NCBI GenBank assembly: GCA_036337435.1
Contig: JAYZEG010000003.1
Location: 1 to 17,903, forward strand
DNA: 17,903 bases
Direction of reading: 5' to 3'
From: Myxococcota bacterium
Lineage (GTDB): Bacteria > Myxococcota_A > Bradymonadia > UBA7976 > UBA1532
Shown here piece after piece: positions 7,373 through 15,965 of the stretch; the first letter of the stretch is position 1, and each line of letters opens with the position of its first letter. The notes under the pieces are model-generated. The model made no database searches and was not told where the DNA came from. It was given only the letters and a program-made list of their open reading frames with translations. A program made the position numbers and the translations under genes.

Positions 7373-9394
7373 ATGTCTTATCAGGGATGGAACACAGTTG
7401 TTTGGGCGACATTTTTCGGCGTTTTCTGCGGCGGGTGTAATTCAACATCGGAGCAGATACAACTCGCCCTGGATAGCAGCTTTGTCACTCTGGATGCGGG
7501 CACGACTGAGACTGATATGACTTTGGACCAAGGACAAGTCAGCACGGATATGCATCCCAGTCGCGACGCTCGAATTCTCGACGTTGGTACATCAGACAGT
7601 ACCCTCGCGAGTGACGCCGCACGATCTTTGGACTCGGAGCCCGTCGATCAAGAATTGACAGATGCCGGTTCAATAGACGCCTCCATGTTGCCTGTACCGA
7701 CCTGCGGCGATGAACCATTCGTTGATCTGAACCAGCGTGCAGATAATGACGCCGACCATTTCGTGTTCACCGGTCGGGTTGCTGGTAATCAATTCCGAGG
7801 AACCTGCTCTGCGCCTGGGACAATCGGAGCCGATGCCTTGCACCGATTCACGGCTCCCAGCTCAGGAGAATGGCTCTTCGATACCTTGGGCAGCGATGTC
7901 GATACGGTCATCTATGTTCGCGAAGTGTGCGACCAATTTGAGTCAGAGCAAGTCTGCAATAACGATGTCTCAGATGGCTATCGACTGAGACATAGTCAAG
8001 CGCGCATCGACTTAAATGCAGGCGAGAGTGTGTTTGTGGTTGTGGATAGCTATCATGGCCTAGCCGAGTCCGCTTATCGTTTGACGGTGCGGCCCTACAC
8101 GGTGAGCGGGCCACCGACTTTGCGGAGAGCTGAGGCGCTTCGTGTCGATGAGACGACCCTTTCACTGGCACTCGAAGGCCAATTAGCTGACGACCCAATC
8201 GTGCTGATTGAACTTGAATTCGTCCACGACGACGATCGAACCACCCGTTCATTTAGCCCTCTCGCATCGGTTCGTGAGTTGGCCGACGGGCACTTCGGTG
8301 CCATTCATCAAGTGGCTATGCCTCAGGACGTAGGTTTGCTCGACGCACTTCGCATCCGTGTCGTCGACGGGTCAGCCAACGTGTCTGCATGGACACAGGT
8401 GAATCGGCTCGACCTGCTTGATGCAGGCAGCCTCAATGCGCTTTGTGATGGTTTGGTCTGGCGTTGCGATACCGGCTTGGTCTGTTTTGAGTCGAGCTGC
8501 AGTCCAGAAAATGAACGACGTGCATGTCCACCCAATTGGCGACCACGCCAACTCGAGACAGATGCGTTCGGTCGAGTTCGTACCGCAGGTGATAACTCGA
8601 TGTCGCCATCTTTACGAGGTGGGTCTTGTGGCGGGGGGACAGCAACTCAGGTCTTTGAAGTGACCGTGCCGCAAGCGGGACTTTATCAGGTGTCCGTAGA
8701 GCCATTTGATCAACCGGCTTATCCCGTGTTGTATCTTCGTGATTTCTGTGATTTTGACGAGACCGAGTGGAGCGGCGAATTGGCCTGCAGTGCCGATGGT
8801 TCGATTTTGAATCGGCCTGATGTTGAGTCGGTTGCTGCTCTCCAAGTTGAGCTACAGGCAGACCAAACCACGTATCTTTTTGTGGACAGCACCGGTCGCG
8901 CCAATGTCCCCAGGTGGTCGGGTCCGTATCACTTGGACATCGCCCCAGTAAGGGCCCCTGTCATCGAGTCGGCTCGTGTTGTCTTCGACCGAATAAACAA
9001 CATCATAGGTGTTCATGTCACTGGTCGAGATTTGGACGCATCGGCGGTTATTCTGCGCCTCTACACTGCGGATGGTCAGTCCATCAACTATGCTGACGAT
9101 GACTCGGATTGGCCCGTTGAGCTGGCCGTCCTTGACGCCAATGAGGACGAGTTTATTGCCTATGGACAGATCGATGTCGCCGGGCGAATCAGTGTCAGGG
9201 CAAGTCGATCGCTTCAGCTCGTTGTCATTGATGAAATGAACCTGAGGTCCATGGCATTCGAGGGCGGATTCGTCGACCCAGGTCAGCGAATAGAAGGAGA
9301 CACCTGCGACCGGTCTGGCCTGGTCGACCGCTGCGTAGGAGAGGCACTGGTCTGCCAGGGAAATGAACTCGGACGCTGTGTGCCTCAGGAATGA
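7373..9394 (+). CDS. Cys-rich extracellular lipoprotein with two tandem [PPC-like + Ig-like + Cys-rich] modules
   Basis: 673 aa. GGAGGGG RBS; lipobox-like FCGGC; DAG/DAS-rich linker; PPC-like repeats GTCS..D..HRFTAPSSGEWLFDT..DTVIYVREVC..EQVCNND and GGSC..QVFEVTVPQAGLYQVSV..PVLYLRDFC..ELACSAD. Confidence 0.88.
   Translation: MSYQGWNTVVWATFFGVFCGGCNSTSEQIQLALDSSFVTLDAGTTETDMTLDQGQVSTDMHPSRDARILDVGTSDSTLASDAARSLDSEPVDQELTDAGSIDASMLPVPTCGDEPFVDLNQRADNDADHFVFTGRVAGNQFRGTCSAPGTIGADALHRFTAPSSGEWLFDTLGSDVDTVIYVREVCDQFESEQVCNNDVSDGYRLRHSQARIDLNAGESVFVVVDSYHGLAESAYRLTVRPYTVSGPPTLRRAEALRVDETTLSLALEGQLADDPIVLIELEFVHDDDRTTRSFSPLASVRELADGHFGAIHQVAMPQDVGLLDALRIRVVDGSANVSAWTQVNRLDLLDAGSLNALCDGLVWRCDTGLVCFESSCSPENERRACPPNWRPRQLETDAFGRVRTAGDNSMSPSLRGGSCGGGTATQVFEVTVPQAGLYQVSVEPFDQPAYPVLYLRDFCDFDETEWSGELACSADGSILNRPDVESVAALQVELQADQTTYLFVDSTGRANVPRWSGPYHLDIAPVRAPVIESARVVFDRINNIIGVHVTGRDLDASAVILRLYTADGQSINYADDDSDWPVELAVLDANEDEFIAYGQIDVAGRISVRASRSLQLVVIDEMNLRSMAFEGGFVDPGQRIEGDTCDRSGLVDRCVGEALVCQGNELGRCVPQE
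7703..9391 (+). repeat. Protein-level tandem duplication, about 7703-8500 and 8525-9391
   Basis: Each half has a PPC-like domain, then a PPTLRRAEA / APVIESARV beta domain, then CD..RC..LVC..C. Confidence 0.75.
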
Positions 9395-9503
9395 CTTACG
9401 AGCGTCTTACGGGAAAGTCTCAGCCTGATAAACACTGGCGTTTTCAGTCCAAAGTGTGCATTGTGCTTCTCCACCGTCGATAGGCCAAAAAGGAGTCTCG
9501 TTT

Positions 9504-10655
9504 ATGCGTCTTCATCTCTCTTTCTTCTGCTTGGCTTTCGCACTTCAGCCCGTCCTGGTTGCAGCCCAGGAGAGTAAAGCTGAGCTTGAAGCTCAATCAG
9601 AGAAGCCGAGTATTGAAATAAGTGGCTTCGTGCGAGCGCGCTACGTAAGCATTTTCGAGAGTTCGGACGGCCCTGATTTTGTTGGTGAGAATGATGGTTT
9701 CTTCTTAGAGAACGCCCGTTTGGTCGCCGATGTGAAGAAACGATCCATGTTCGCACGGATTTCAATCGACGGTTCGGTTGACCGTCGAGATGCTAACAAT
9801 ACGGCTGTTGGACAGGTCGATGTGGGCATGCGCGATGCTTGGGTTGGTTATGAGACAAAGGCGGGCTTTGGCATTCTGGTGGGACAATTCAAGCCACCAT
9901 TCGATGCCGAGGAACTGCAGTCGACCGCGGATATGGTTTTTATCGACCGCTCTGTCGAAAGCCGTGGGGTACGCGGTGTCGAGGGCTTCAATACCAGCGG
10001 CCTCAGCCTGCCCAGGCAAGCGGGCGTGCAGACTTATGGCCGGGTTCATTTCGATGACCAATGGCGCCTTGATTACGCATTGAGTGTGACCAATGGAAGC
10101 AGAGCAAATCAACCCGTAAACGATAACGAAACGCTTGCTTATATTGGGCGCATCAGTCTCCACCAAGGCCCCTACATGACCATTGGCTGTGGGGCATATC
10201 AAAATCGAGTCACCAATGGTGTGCCGCCGGATTTGCTGAGTGAAGATCTCTTTGGTTGGGTTGTTGATTTAAAGTACCAGCGGCCCGTTGGTCCGGTTCG
10301 TCTCCTTTTGTCTGGCCAGTACATGTCGCAGAGCACAGATGCCCTCGATGTGCCAGATGAGCCAACGATGACGGCGCGTGGGTATCACGGGGCGGCCGGT
10401 GTCGAACTCCCAATGGGTGTCATTCTGGCCTATCGGTATGCTTACGTGGACCCGACGGCTGAATTTGAATCGGAGGATCCTGCGGCAACAGCTGTACTCG
10501 ACAACGATGCTGTGACCTTGCATACCGCGGCACTGAGCTATGGATTTAAAGACATTCCTGTTCAGCTGCAAATGAACTACACGCTGTTCGCGGAGCAGGA
10601 CGGACGTACCATCGATAACGACAGGTTGGACCTTTTGGTCCAGGCCATCTTCTAG
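9504..10655 (+). CDS. OprO/OprP-like (phosphate-selective porin superfamily) outer-membrane beta-barrel
   Basis: ATG 9504 follows AAGGAG (9490-9495) and is preferred over GTG 9456, giving 383 aa. Signal peptide; ISGFVRARY; RDAWVGY; GQFKPPFDAEELQSTADMVFIDRS signature; C-terminal amphipathic strand ending in Phe (LLVQAIF). Confidence 0.87.
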   Translation: MRLHLSFFCLAFALQPVLVAAQESKAELEAQSEKPSIEISGFVRARYVSIFESSDGPDFVGENDGFFLENARLVADVKKRSMFARISIDGSVDRRDANNTAVGQVDVGMRDAWVGYETKAGFGILVGQFKPPFDAEELQSTADMVFIDRSVESRGVRGVEGFNTSGLSLPRQAGVQTYGRVHFDDQWRLDYALSVTNGSRANQPVNDNETLAYIGRISLHQGPYMTIGCGAYQNRVTNGVPPDLLSEDLFGWVVDLKYQRPVGPVRLLLSGQYMSQSTDALDVPDEPTMTARGYHGAAGVELPMGVILAYRYAYVDPTAEFESEDPAATAVLDNDAVTLHTAALSYGFKDIPVQLQMNYTLFAEQDGRTIDNDRLDLLVQAIF

Positions 10656-10665
10656 GCTGATATCG

Positions 10666-13600
10666 ATGCTGACCTTTTCGTCCCAGAAGACTCACCTCCG
10701 ACTCGGTTTTATCCTGTTTCTTTTACTTGCATGGGGCTGTGAGGCCGTCGAAGTGAAGGCTACAGCCAAGCGCGTTTCCACGCGGACAGAGTTGATCGGT
10801 GGTCCCTCAGCATTGGGCGAGGTCGGAGACTTCATTCTCCAGAATCGGTTCATTCGGGCCATCGTCCAAGACAAGGGCTTTTCCCGTGGCTTTGGTGTCC
10901 ACGGTGGCAGTCTGATCGATATCGACCGTGTACGTGCTGCTGAGCAGGGGGATTCATCAGGTGGCCGAGGCTTTGACCAATTCGGCGAATTATTTCCCAT
11001 CGCTTTCTTGCAGGCCCTCGTCCCGGAGCGTGTCGAAATCGTCAACGACGGGTCTGACGGCGGCGAGGCACAAGTTCGCTTGTTTGGCTCCGGAGGTGAT
11101 TTTTTCTCTCTTACCAAAGCATTGAATCAAGCGATTCTTAATTCCCACGAGCTGCCTGAGTACGAGTTGGATGCGCTCAACGCCAACGGACTTAATGGGT
11201 CACCCACCGTTGGCTATGATGTCACTTACGGCCTTAAGCCTGACAGCCGTTACATCAGAATCACAGTTCGGATGACCAACATCACTGACAAACGGACCTC
11301 ATGCCCCGATGGCTGGACTTGCGATTCGGCCAAAGGCGTGTGCGACCGCGATGCCGGCGTTGCCTGTGGTGACACGACCTGCGATGAGTCAGAACACTGT
11401 GTCGATGGGGCTTGTGCCGCACTGCCCTTGTGTCCCCAGGTCTTAGACATTCCGTCGCGAGCCGGCAAGCTGGCCCTGAGTGCGCTCAGTGTTGATGCAG
11501 CGCAATTCCAAGCACCATTGGGGATGGTGATTTTGTTTGGTGCAGGCAATGACGTCTTTGCGCCTGGAGTTGGCTACGGCGTGCGCTTTGCTTTGGATGA
11601 CGCTTACCTCACAGGTGCTGGTCTTCCATTCCCAGCTCTGCCTGGTCTCCTGACTCGAGGCTTGGTCAGTACCAGTCGAAACGGCATCTCCTATGGCCTG
11701 TTCTCAGATCCGAAATCGAAGACACCAAACTTCGTTCAAAATCGAACGACTTGTCCTGGCGGCTGGACCTGTAATTTTGAATCCAAGGCCTGCGAGCGAT
11801 TTGAGGGCGAAGAGTGTGGCGATTCGACGTGCAAAGCCACAGAGCAATGTAAGGAGGATCAATGTGTCGAGATTCCTCCGTGTGAGAATTTGTATGAGCA
11901 AGCCTATGGACGCCCTGTTGGTCCAGACTCGATGCTTGTCCCATTTCTTGCGTCCGCATTCACAGGAGTGTTCTACGCGCAAACACCGGACCGTTTTGAA
12001 GCCGGTGCATCCATTGAATACACAACCCTCTTCGTGGTGGGCGATGGCGATGCAGCCAGTGTCATGGATGTTGCGTATGAACTTCAAGAAAAAGAGACCG
12101 GGCTCTTGGCCGGTCGTGTGACCGATGGGTTTACCGCATCGCCGGTTGCAGGCGCATCTGTTTTGATTTACGGCGATGAAGACGGGCCTGTTAACCAATT
12201 CTTTACCGACGAAACGGGGCGATTTAAAGGGACTTTACCGCCGGGGCAGTATACGGCGCGGGTCCAGCACGAACCGCTTTTATCAGACCCAGTCCCCTTC
12301 GAGTTGGTTGCAGGCGAGAGCGAGTTCTTGCTTTTAGCTGCTCCGACCGCTGGTCGTGTGGCGGTGACTGTACGGGACCAAACAGGTCGGCTGCTTCCAG
12401 CCAAGGTCACCGTCGTTGGCATTACCGATGCAGACAAAGCGATGCTGCATCCACGACAATATCTCTTCGATGTCCATGCAGGTGAGCATTGGCGAACGAC
12501 GGACTTAGTGCCTGACGACCCTGACAAGCCAGAGACGCGGCAATATATCGAGACATCAGATTACACAGACAATGGTCGCGTGGTCTTAGACCTGGCACCC
12601 AACACCGACTGGTACCTCTACATTTCACGGGGGATTGAATATTCGGTGGAGCGAATCAAAGTCAACGTGGACGTAGGCCAGACTCAGCAGGTTGCCGTCG
12701 TGTTAAACCGTGAAGTGGAAACACCCGGATATATCGGTGCTGATTTTCACTTGCATGCAAGACCCTCTCTGGACTCAAATCTCTCGCTTCCAGACCGGGT
12801 ACGGAGTGTCGTGGGTGAAGGGGTTGAAGTCCTTGTCTCAACGGACCATAACTTTGTTACCGACTACCAGCCGACCATTACCGATCTGGGCTTGCAGAAT
12901 TGGGCAAACTCAATGGTCGGTCTTGAGCTGACAACATTGGAGTCAGGTCATTTCAATGGCTATCCCCTTATTCGAGAGGTTGGTGCCATGACCAAGGGGG
13001 CGTTCGAGTGGTCGCTTCAACCACCTGACACCATTTTTGACACCATCAGGGGCATGGGCGAGTTGGGCCCTGACCAGACCATTGTGCAGATCAATCACCC
13101 GCGTGACACCATCCTCGGCTATTTCGAGCAATATGGAGTCGATCCCCTGACGGGTGGTTTACCCGAACCGCCCGATTGTACTCTGCCATTAACCGACCCA
13201 ACGGGCTGTATCATCCCGCCCAATGGCTCAGCTTTTAGAACAGCCGATGGACTCAGCACGTTTAGTTACAATTTCAATGCCATCGAGGTTCTAAATGCCA
13301 GTGTCGCAGGCCGCATCCACCACGCCCGAATGCCGGCTACTCTCGACGGCTTAAATGACGTTCCCGAAGACTTGAGAAATAATCCACCAGAGGTGGGGGC
13401 TATCCTATGCGATGGAGACAGCATTGCTCACGCGGGAACGGCAGACGATTGGTTCAATATGCTGAACCTAGGGCATCGTTATATCGGCACAGGGACATCC
13501 GACAGTCACGATGCGGAAGACCATCCGGGGGCGGGGCGGACCTTTGTGTATATCGGGAGCGATGATCCCGGTGAGGCAACATCGAGAGTCGTGATCGACG

Positions 13601-14292
13601 GCCTCCAGTCACGCCGAGCGATCATGACCACCGGCCCCTTTCTTGAAATGACCATCAATGATGCCCATATCGGCTCGACCGTGTCTTCGCCGGGTGGTGA
13701 GGTGACGCTTAAAATTAAGGTGCAAGCCGCGTCTTGGGTGGATGTCGATGAAGGGATCATTTGGATCAATGGGCAGGAACACAGCCGATTTCCCATACAA
13801 TTAAATGAAGGTCGTTTTCGATATGTGGAGACCATTCGGCTTCCCAAAGACAGTTGGGTCGTCGCCGAAGTACGCGGAGACAAGTCCATGTTTCCTGTCT
13901 ACAGGCCAGTGGACCTGCCGCCTGTCTTGATCGCAGATGCCATCGCCAGCTTCGCTGATGTTTTGGGATTTAATGAAGCCGCGTTAGGCGACTTGCAACC
14001 GAAGCTCATCGGCCAGCACAAGCCGGTGGCTTTAACCAATCCAATTTGGATCGACATCGATGGCGATGCCGATAACGATGGGTCCGTTTTTGAGGCCCCT
14101 GGGCCTAGGGCGGGGCGCTGCGAAGGGTTCCAAGTGGTCTACGAGAAACATCGCTATCTTCCGGGGGAACCGATCCCCAGCTTGATCCCCCAAAAACCGA
14201 CGCTGACGACCTCTTTTGGCTTGCCTCGTTTCAAGGGCGATATCCTAGATGTACGCACGGTCTTTGAGCAGTTTGGACGCCACGCGCATTGA
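10666..14292 (+). CDS. Large lipoprotein, PHP-superfamily (CehA/McbA-type) metallohydrolase with carboxypeptidase-regulatory-like domain and two Cys-rich inserts
   Basis: 1208 aa. Lipobox LAWGC; N-terminal LIGGPSALGEVGDFILQN domain; GRVTD..PVAGASV..TDETGRF..LPPGQY beta-sandwich; intact PHP metal ligands DFHLH (about 12742), TDHN (12841), GLELTT..GHFN, NHPR and GTSDSH (about 13492-13509); C-terminal ALTNPIWIDIDGD. Confidence 0.9.
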   Translation: MLTFSSQKTHLRLGFILFLLLAWGCEAVEVKATAKRVSTRTELIGGPSALGEVGDFILQNRFIRAIVQDKGFSRGFGVHGGSLIDIDRVRAAEQGDSSGGRGFDQFGELFPIAFLQALVPERVEIVNDGSDGGEAQVRLFGSGGDFFSLTKALNQAILNSHELPEYELDALNANGLNGSPTVGYDVTYGLKPDSRYIRITVRMTNITDKRTSCPDGWTCDSAKGVCDRDAGVACGDTTCDESEHCVDGACAALPLCPQVLDIPSRAGKLALSALSVDAAQFQAPLGMVILFGAGNDVFAPGVGYGVRFALDDAYLTGAGLPFPALPGLLTRGLVSTSRNGISYGLFSDPKSKTPNFVQNRTTCPGGWTCNFESKACERFEGEECGDSTCKATEQCKEDQCVEIPPCENLYEQAYGRPVGPDSMLVPFLASAFTGVFYAQTPDRFEAGASIEYTTLFVVGDGDAASVMDVAYELQEKETGLLAGRVTDGFTASPVAGASVLIYGDEDGPVNQFFTDETGRFKGTLPPGQYTARVQHEPLLSDPVPFELVAGESEFLLLAAPTAGRVAVTVRDQTGRLLPAKVTVVGITDADKAMLHPRQYLFDVHAGEHWRTTDLVPDDPDKPETRQYIETSDYTDNGRVVLDLAPNTDWYLYISRGIEYSVERIKVNVDVGQTQQVAVVLNREVETPGYIGADFHLHARPSLDSNLSLPDRVRSVVGEGVEVLVSTDHNFVTDYQPTITDLGLQNWANSMVGLELTTLESGHFNGYPLIREVGAMTKGAFEWSLQPPDTIFDTIRGMGELGPDQTIVQINHPRDTILGYFEQYGVDPLTGGLPEPPDCTLPLTDPTGCIIPPNGSAFRTADGLSTFSYNFNAIEVLNASVAGRIHHARMPATLDGLNDVPEDLRNNPPEVGAILCDGDSIAHAGTADDWFNMLNLGHRYIGTGTSDSHDAEDHPGAGRTFVYIGSDDPGEATSRVVIDGLQSRRAIMTTGPFLEMTINDAHIGSTVSSPGGEVTLKIKVQAASWVDVDEGIIWINGQEHSRFPIQLNEGRFRYVETIRLPKDSWVVAEVRGDKSMFPVYRPVDLPPVLIADAIASFADVLGFNEAALGDLQPKLIGQHKPVALTNPIWIDIDGDADNDGSVFEAPGPRAGRCEGFQVVYEKHRYLPGEPIPSLIPQKPTLTTSFGLPRFKGDILDVRTVFEQFGRHAH
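11293..11886 (+). repeat. Two dispersed 8-Cys modules (11293-11433 and 11743-11883) within the PHP lipoprotein
   Basis: RTSCPDGWTC...CGDTTC..C..C..C and RTTCPGGWTC...CGDSTC..C..C..C share identical Cys spacing 5-6-7-4-5-4-5. Confidence 0.9.
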
Positions 14293-14299
14293 CCGAATC

Positions 14300-14905
14300 A
14301 TGCGTTTAATCGGTTTGTTACTGCTCGTTTTCTCGAGTATTCTCGTCGAGCCCGTCTCTGCCCATAAAGCCAGGACAGCACGCAAGGTAATGGCCACAAT
14401 TAGCCCGGAATTGGGTGGGTTACGGGTCGACGTCATCTTGTGGCAGCATCTTGCCGGTGTGCGGTCGAAGCGTGTTCTTGCTCAGTTTGACTTGGATGGC
14501 TCGAAATCCTTCGATAAGACCGAAGCTTTATTGGCCGGCAATCAATTGAGTGCTGAGACCATTGGGACATTTGTCATGGTTGCCAATGGCCGGGCACTCA
14601 AGCCCAAGACCGCTCGTTCGAAAGCGGCTCGCGTGGATGCTCAGACAGTCGAGTCCATGGTGTTATTGAGCTATTACATGCCGAAGACCTTATCGGCGAA
14701 TCTGGTCTTTAAACTACATCGCGACGACAAGCGCCATGCGAGGGCATTTGAGGTGACCACCAAAATGCCACTGGTGCTGGGCAGCAAGACTGGCCCGAAA
14801 AGCATGAGGAGTGGATTGAAGTTAACGCCTCAGAAGCCCATTGGGATCCAGGTCGAAGTAGACCCAGTTATTTGGCTAAGACAGCTGGGTTTATATCCGT
14901 TCTAG
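14300..14905 (+). CDS. Secreted basic protein, DUF1007-like (signal peptide ending A|H, EF-hand-like loop)
   Basis: ATG 14300 lies 7 nt after the upstream TGA and is preferred over the overlapping 14249 start, giving 201 aa. MRLIGLLLLVFSSILVEPVSA|HK; FDLDGSKSFDKTE loop. The family assignment is tentative. Confidence 0.7.
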   Translation: MRLIGLLLLVFSSILVEPVSAHKARTARKVMATISPELGGLRVDVILWQHLAGVRSKRVLAQFDLDGSKSFDKTEALLAGNQLSAETIGTFVMVANGRALKPKTARSKAARVDAQTVESMVLLSYYMPKTLSANLVFKLHRDDKRHARAFEVTTKMPLVLGSKTGPKSMRSGLKLTPQKPIGIQVEVDPVIWLRQLGLYPF

Positions 14906-14924
14906 GCGACAGAAAACACAAGCC

Positions 14925-15854
14925 TTACTGTCTGACTTTGCTTTCCGGCCGAAAGTAGTCCAGCGGGTAGATGGGTCCGTAGTTGACTTCACCCGGGAAC
15001 GCGCCATTGGCTTTGTAGTCGACCATCAATTGGTCTTTTTCACGGTATCTCGCAAAGACCCAATCCGATAGTTTCTCATCGCTCATCTCAAAGGCATTTA
15101 TCGGATACCGGGTGACATGAATATCGACCCGTCTGACTTTACGCAGAAAACAATCCACGAAGGATGGCACACCATCCGGATAGCCCATGGACAGATCGTA
15201 GACGGCATCTAGATGGTCACCGAGCCCTTGCATTGTTGCCACAAACCCTTTGGTTCGCGGCACCAAGGTGGCCTGTGGGATCGGCAGGTTGCTTTTCCGT
15301 GCGTATTCCTGGGACTTTTTCAACTTCTCAGGCGTTGCCCGAGTGCCTTCCAGAAACGACACTAAAAACACGGGGATATCGTTGCGTTTAAACTTTGAAA
15401 ATAAGTCCAAGACGTCCTGCTTGTCTCTTGCCCAGTTTCGTTTAAGGAAGATGCAGTCGATCATGTACATGCCCCAGCCGGGACCTGGAATCCACTTTAG
15501 GATGTCTTTGACAAACCACTTCATGTCACCGATTCGACCGCAGCGCCAAGCGAAGCAGAGCATCACCATGATATCGGCGACGCTCTGATGATTCGATGTG
15601 ACAAACACATTCTCCCGGACAGGAACCTTGTCACCGGTAATCCGCACTTCGATGTTATTCTGGCATTCTGCCATGACAACCCACCAGCCCCAGATGGACC
15701 GTGCGCACCATCGGTTGATGCGTCTGCATAGCTTGGGAGACACGGGGTAGATCAGGACACTGATGATTTGAATCGGGTTTATGACGAGGGCTAGGTACAG
15801 GAACGACACGACCATTCCAAGTAAGCTGCCCACCCATTTGAGCGGTTCCAACAT
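14925..15854 (-). CDS. Lysophospholipid / 1-acyl-sn-glycerol-3-phosphate acyltransferase (LPAT/AGPAT3-5/LCLAT1/YihG-type)
   Basis: 309 aa. Catalytic NHQSVAD (HxxxxD), [26 protein letters not shown], and a C-terminal extension ([25 protein letters not shown]). Confidence 0.93.
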   Translation of the reverse strand: MLEPLKWVGSLLGMVVSFLYLALVINPIQIISVLIYPVSPKLCRRINRWCARSIWGWWVVMAECQNNIEVRITGDKVPVRENVFVTSNHQSVADIMVMLCFAWRCGRIGDMKWFVKDILKWIPGPGWGMYMIDCIFLKRNWARDKQDVLDLFSKFKRNDIPVFLVSFLEGTRATPEKLKKSQEYARKSNLPIPQATLVPRTKGFVATMQGLGDHLDAVYDLSMGYPDGVPSFVDCFLRKVRRVDIHVTRYPINAFEMSDEKLSDWVFARYREKDQLMVDYKANGAFPGEVNYGPIYPLDYFRPESKVRQ

Positions 15855-15907
15855 GGCGCTGATTTACCCCTTTGTGAGTTGGATGACAAGCCGTGCGATC
15901 TGCTGTC

Positions 15908-15936
15908 TTGTAAAATTGTCTCTAAAGCCCTAAGTT
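15908..15936 (+). promoter_or_regulatory. Candidate sigma70 promoter for ychF
   Basis: TTGTAA (15908-15913), a 17-nt spacer, then TAAGTT (15931-15936), 29 nt upstream of the ychF ATG in the divergent intergenic region. Confidence 0.45.
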
Positions 15937-15965
15937 GCCGCCGGTTTCGTGATCGGGAGAGCCAA

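Noticed and set aside
9456..9503. Longer N-termini from the ORF track for the porin (9456), the DUF1007-like gene (14249) and ychF (15879)
   Set aside because: Downstream ATGs (9504, 14300, 15966) give proper signal peptides or the conserved N-terminus, with RBS support for 9504 and 15966.
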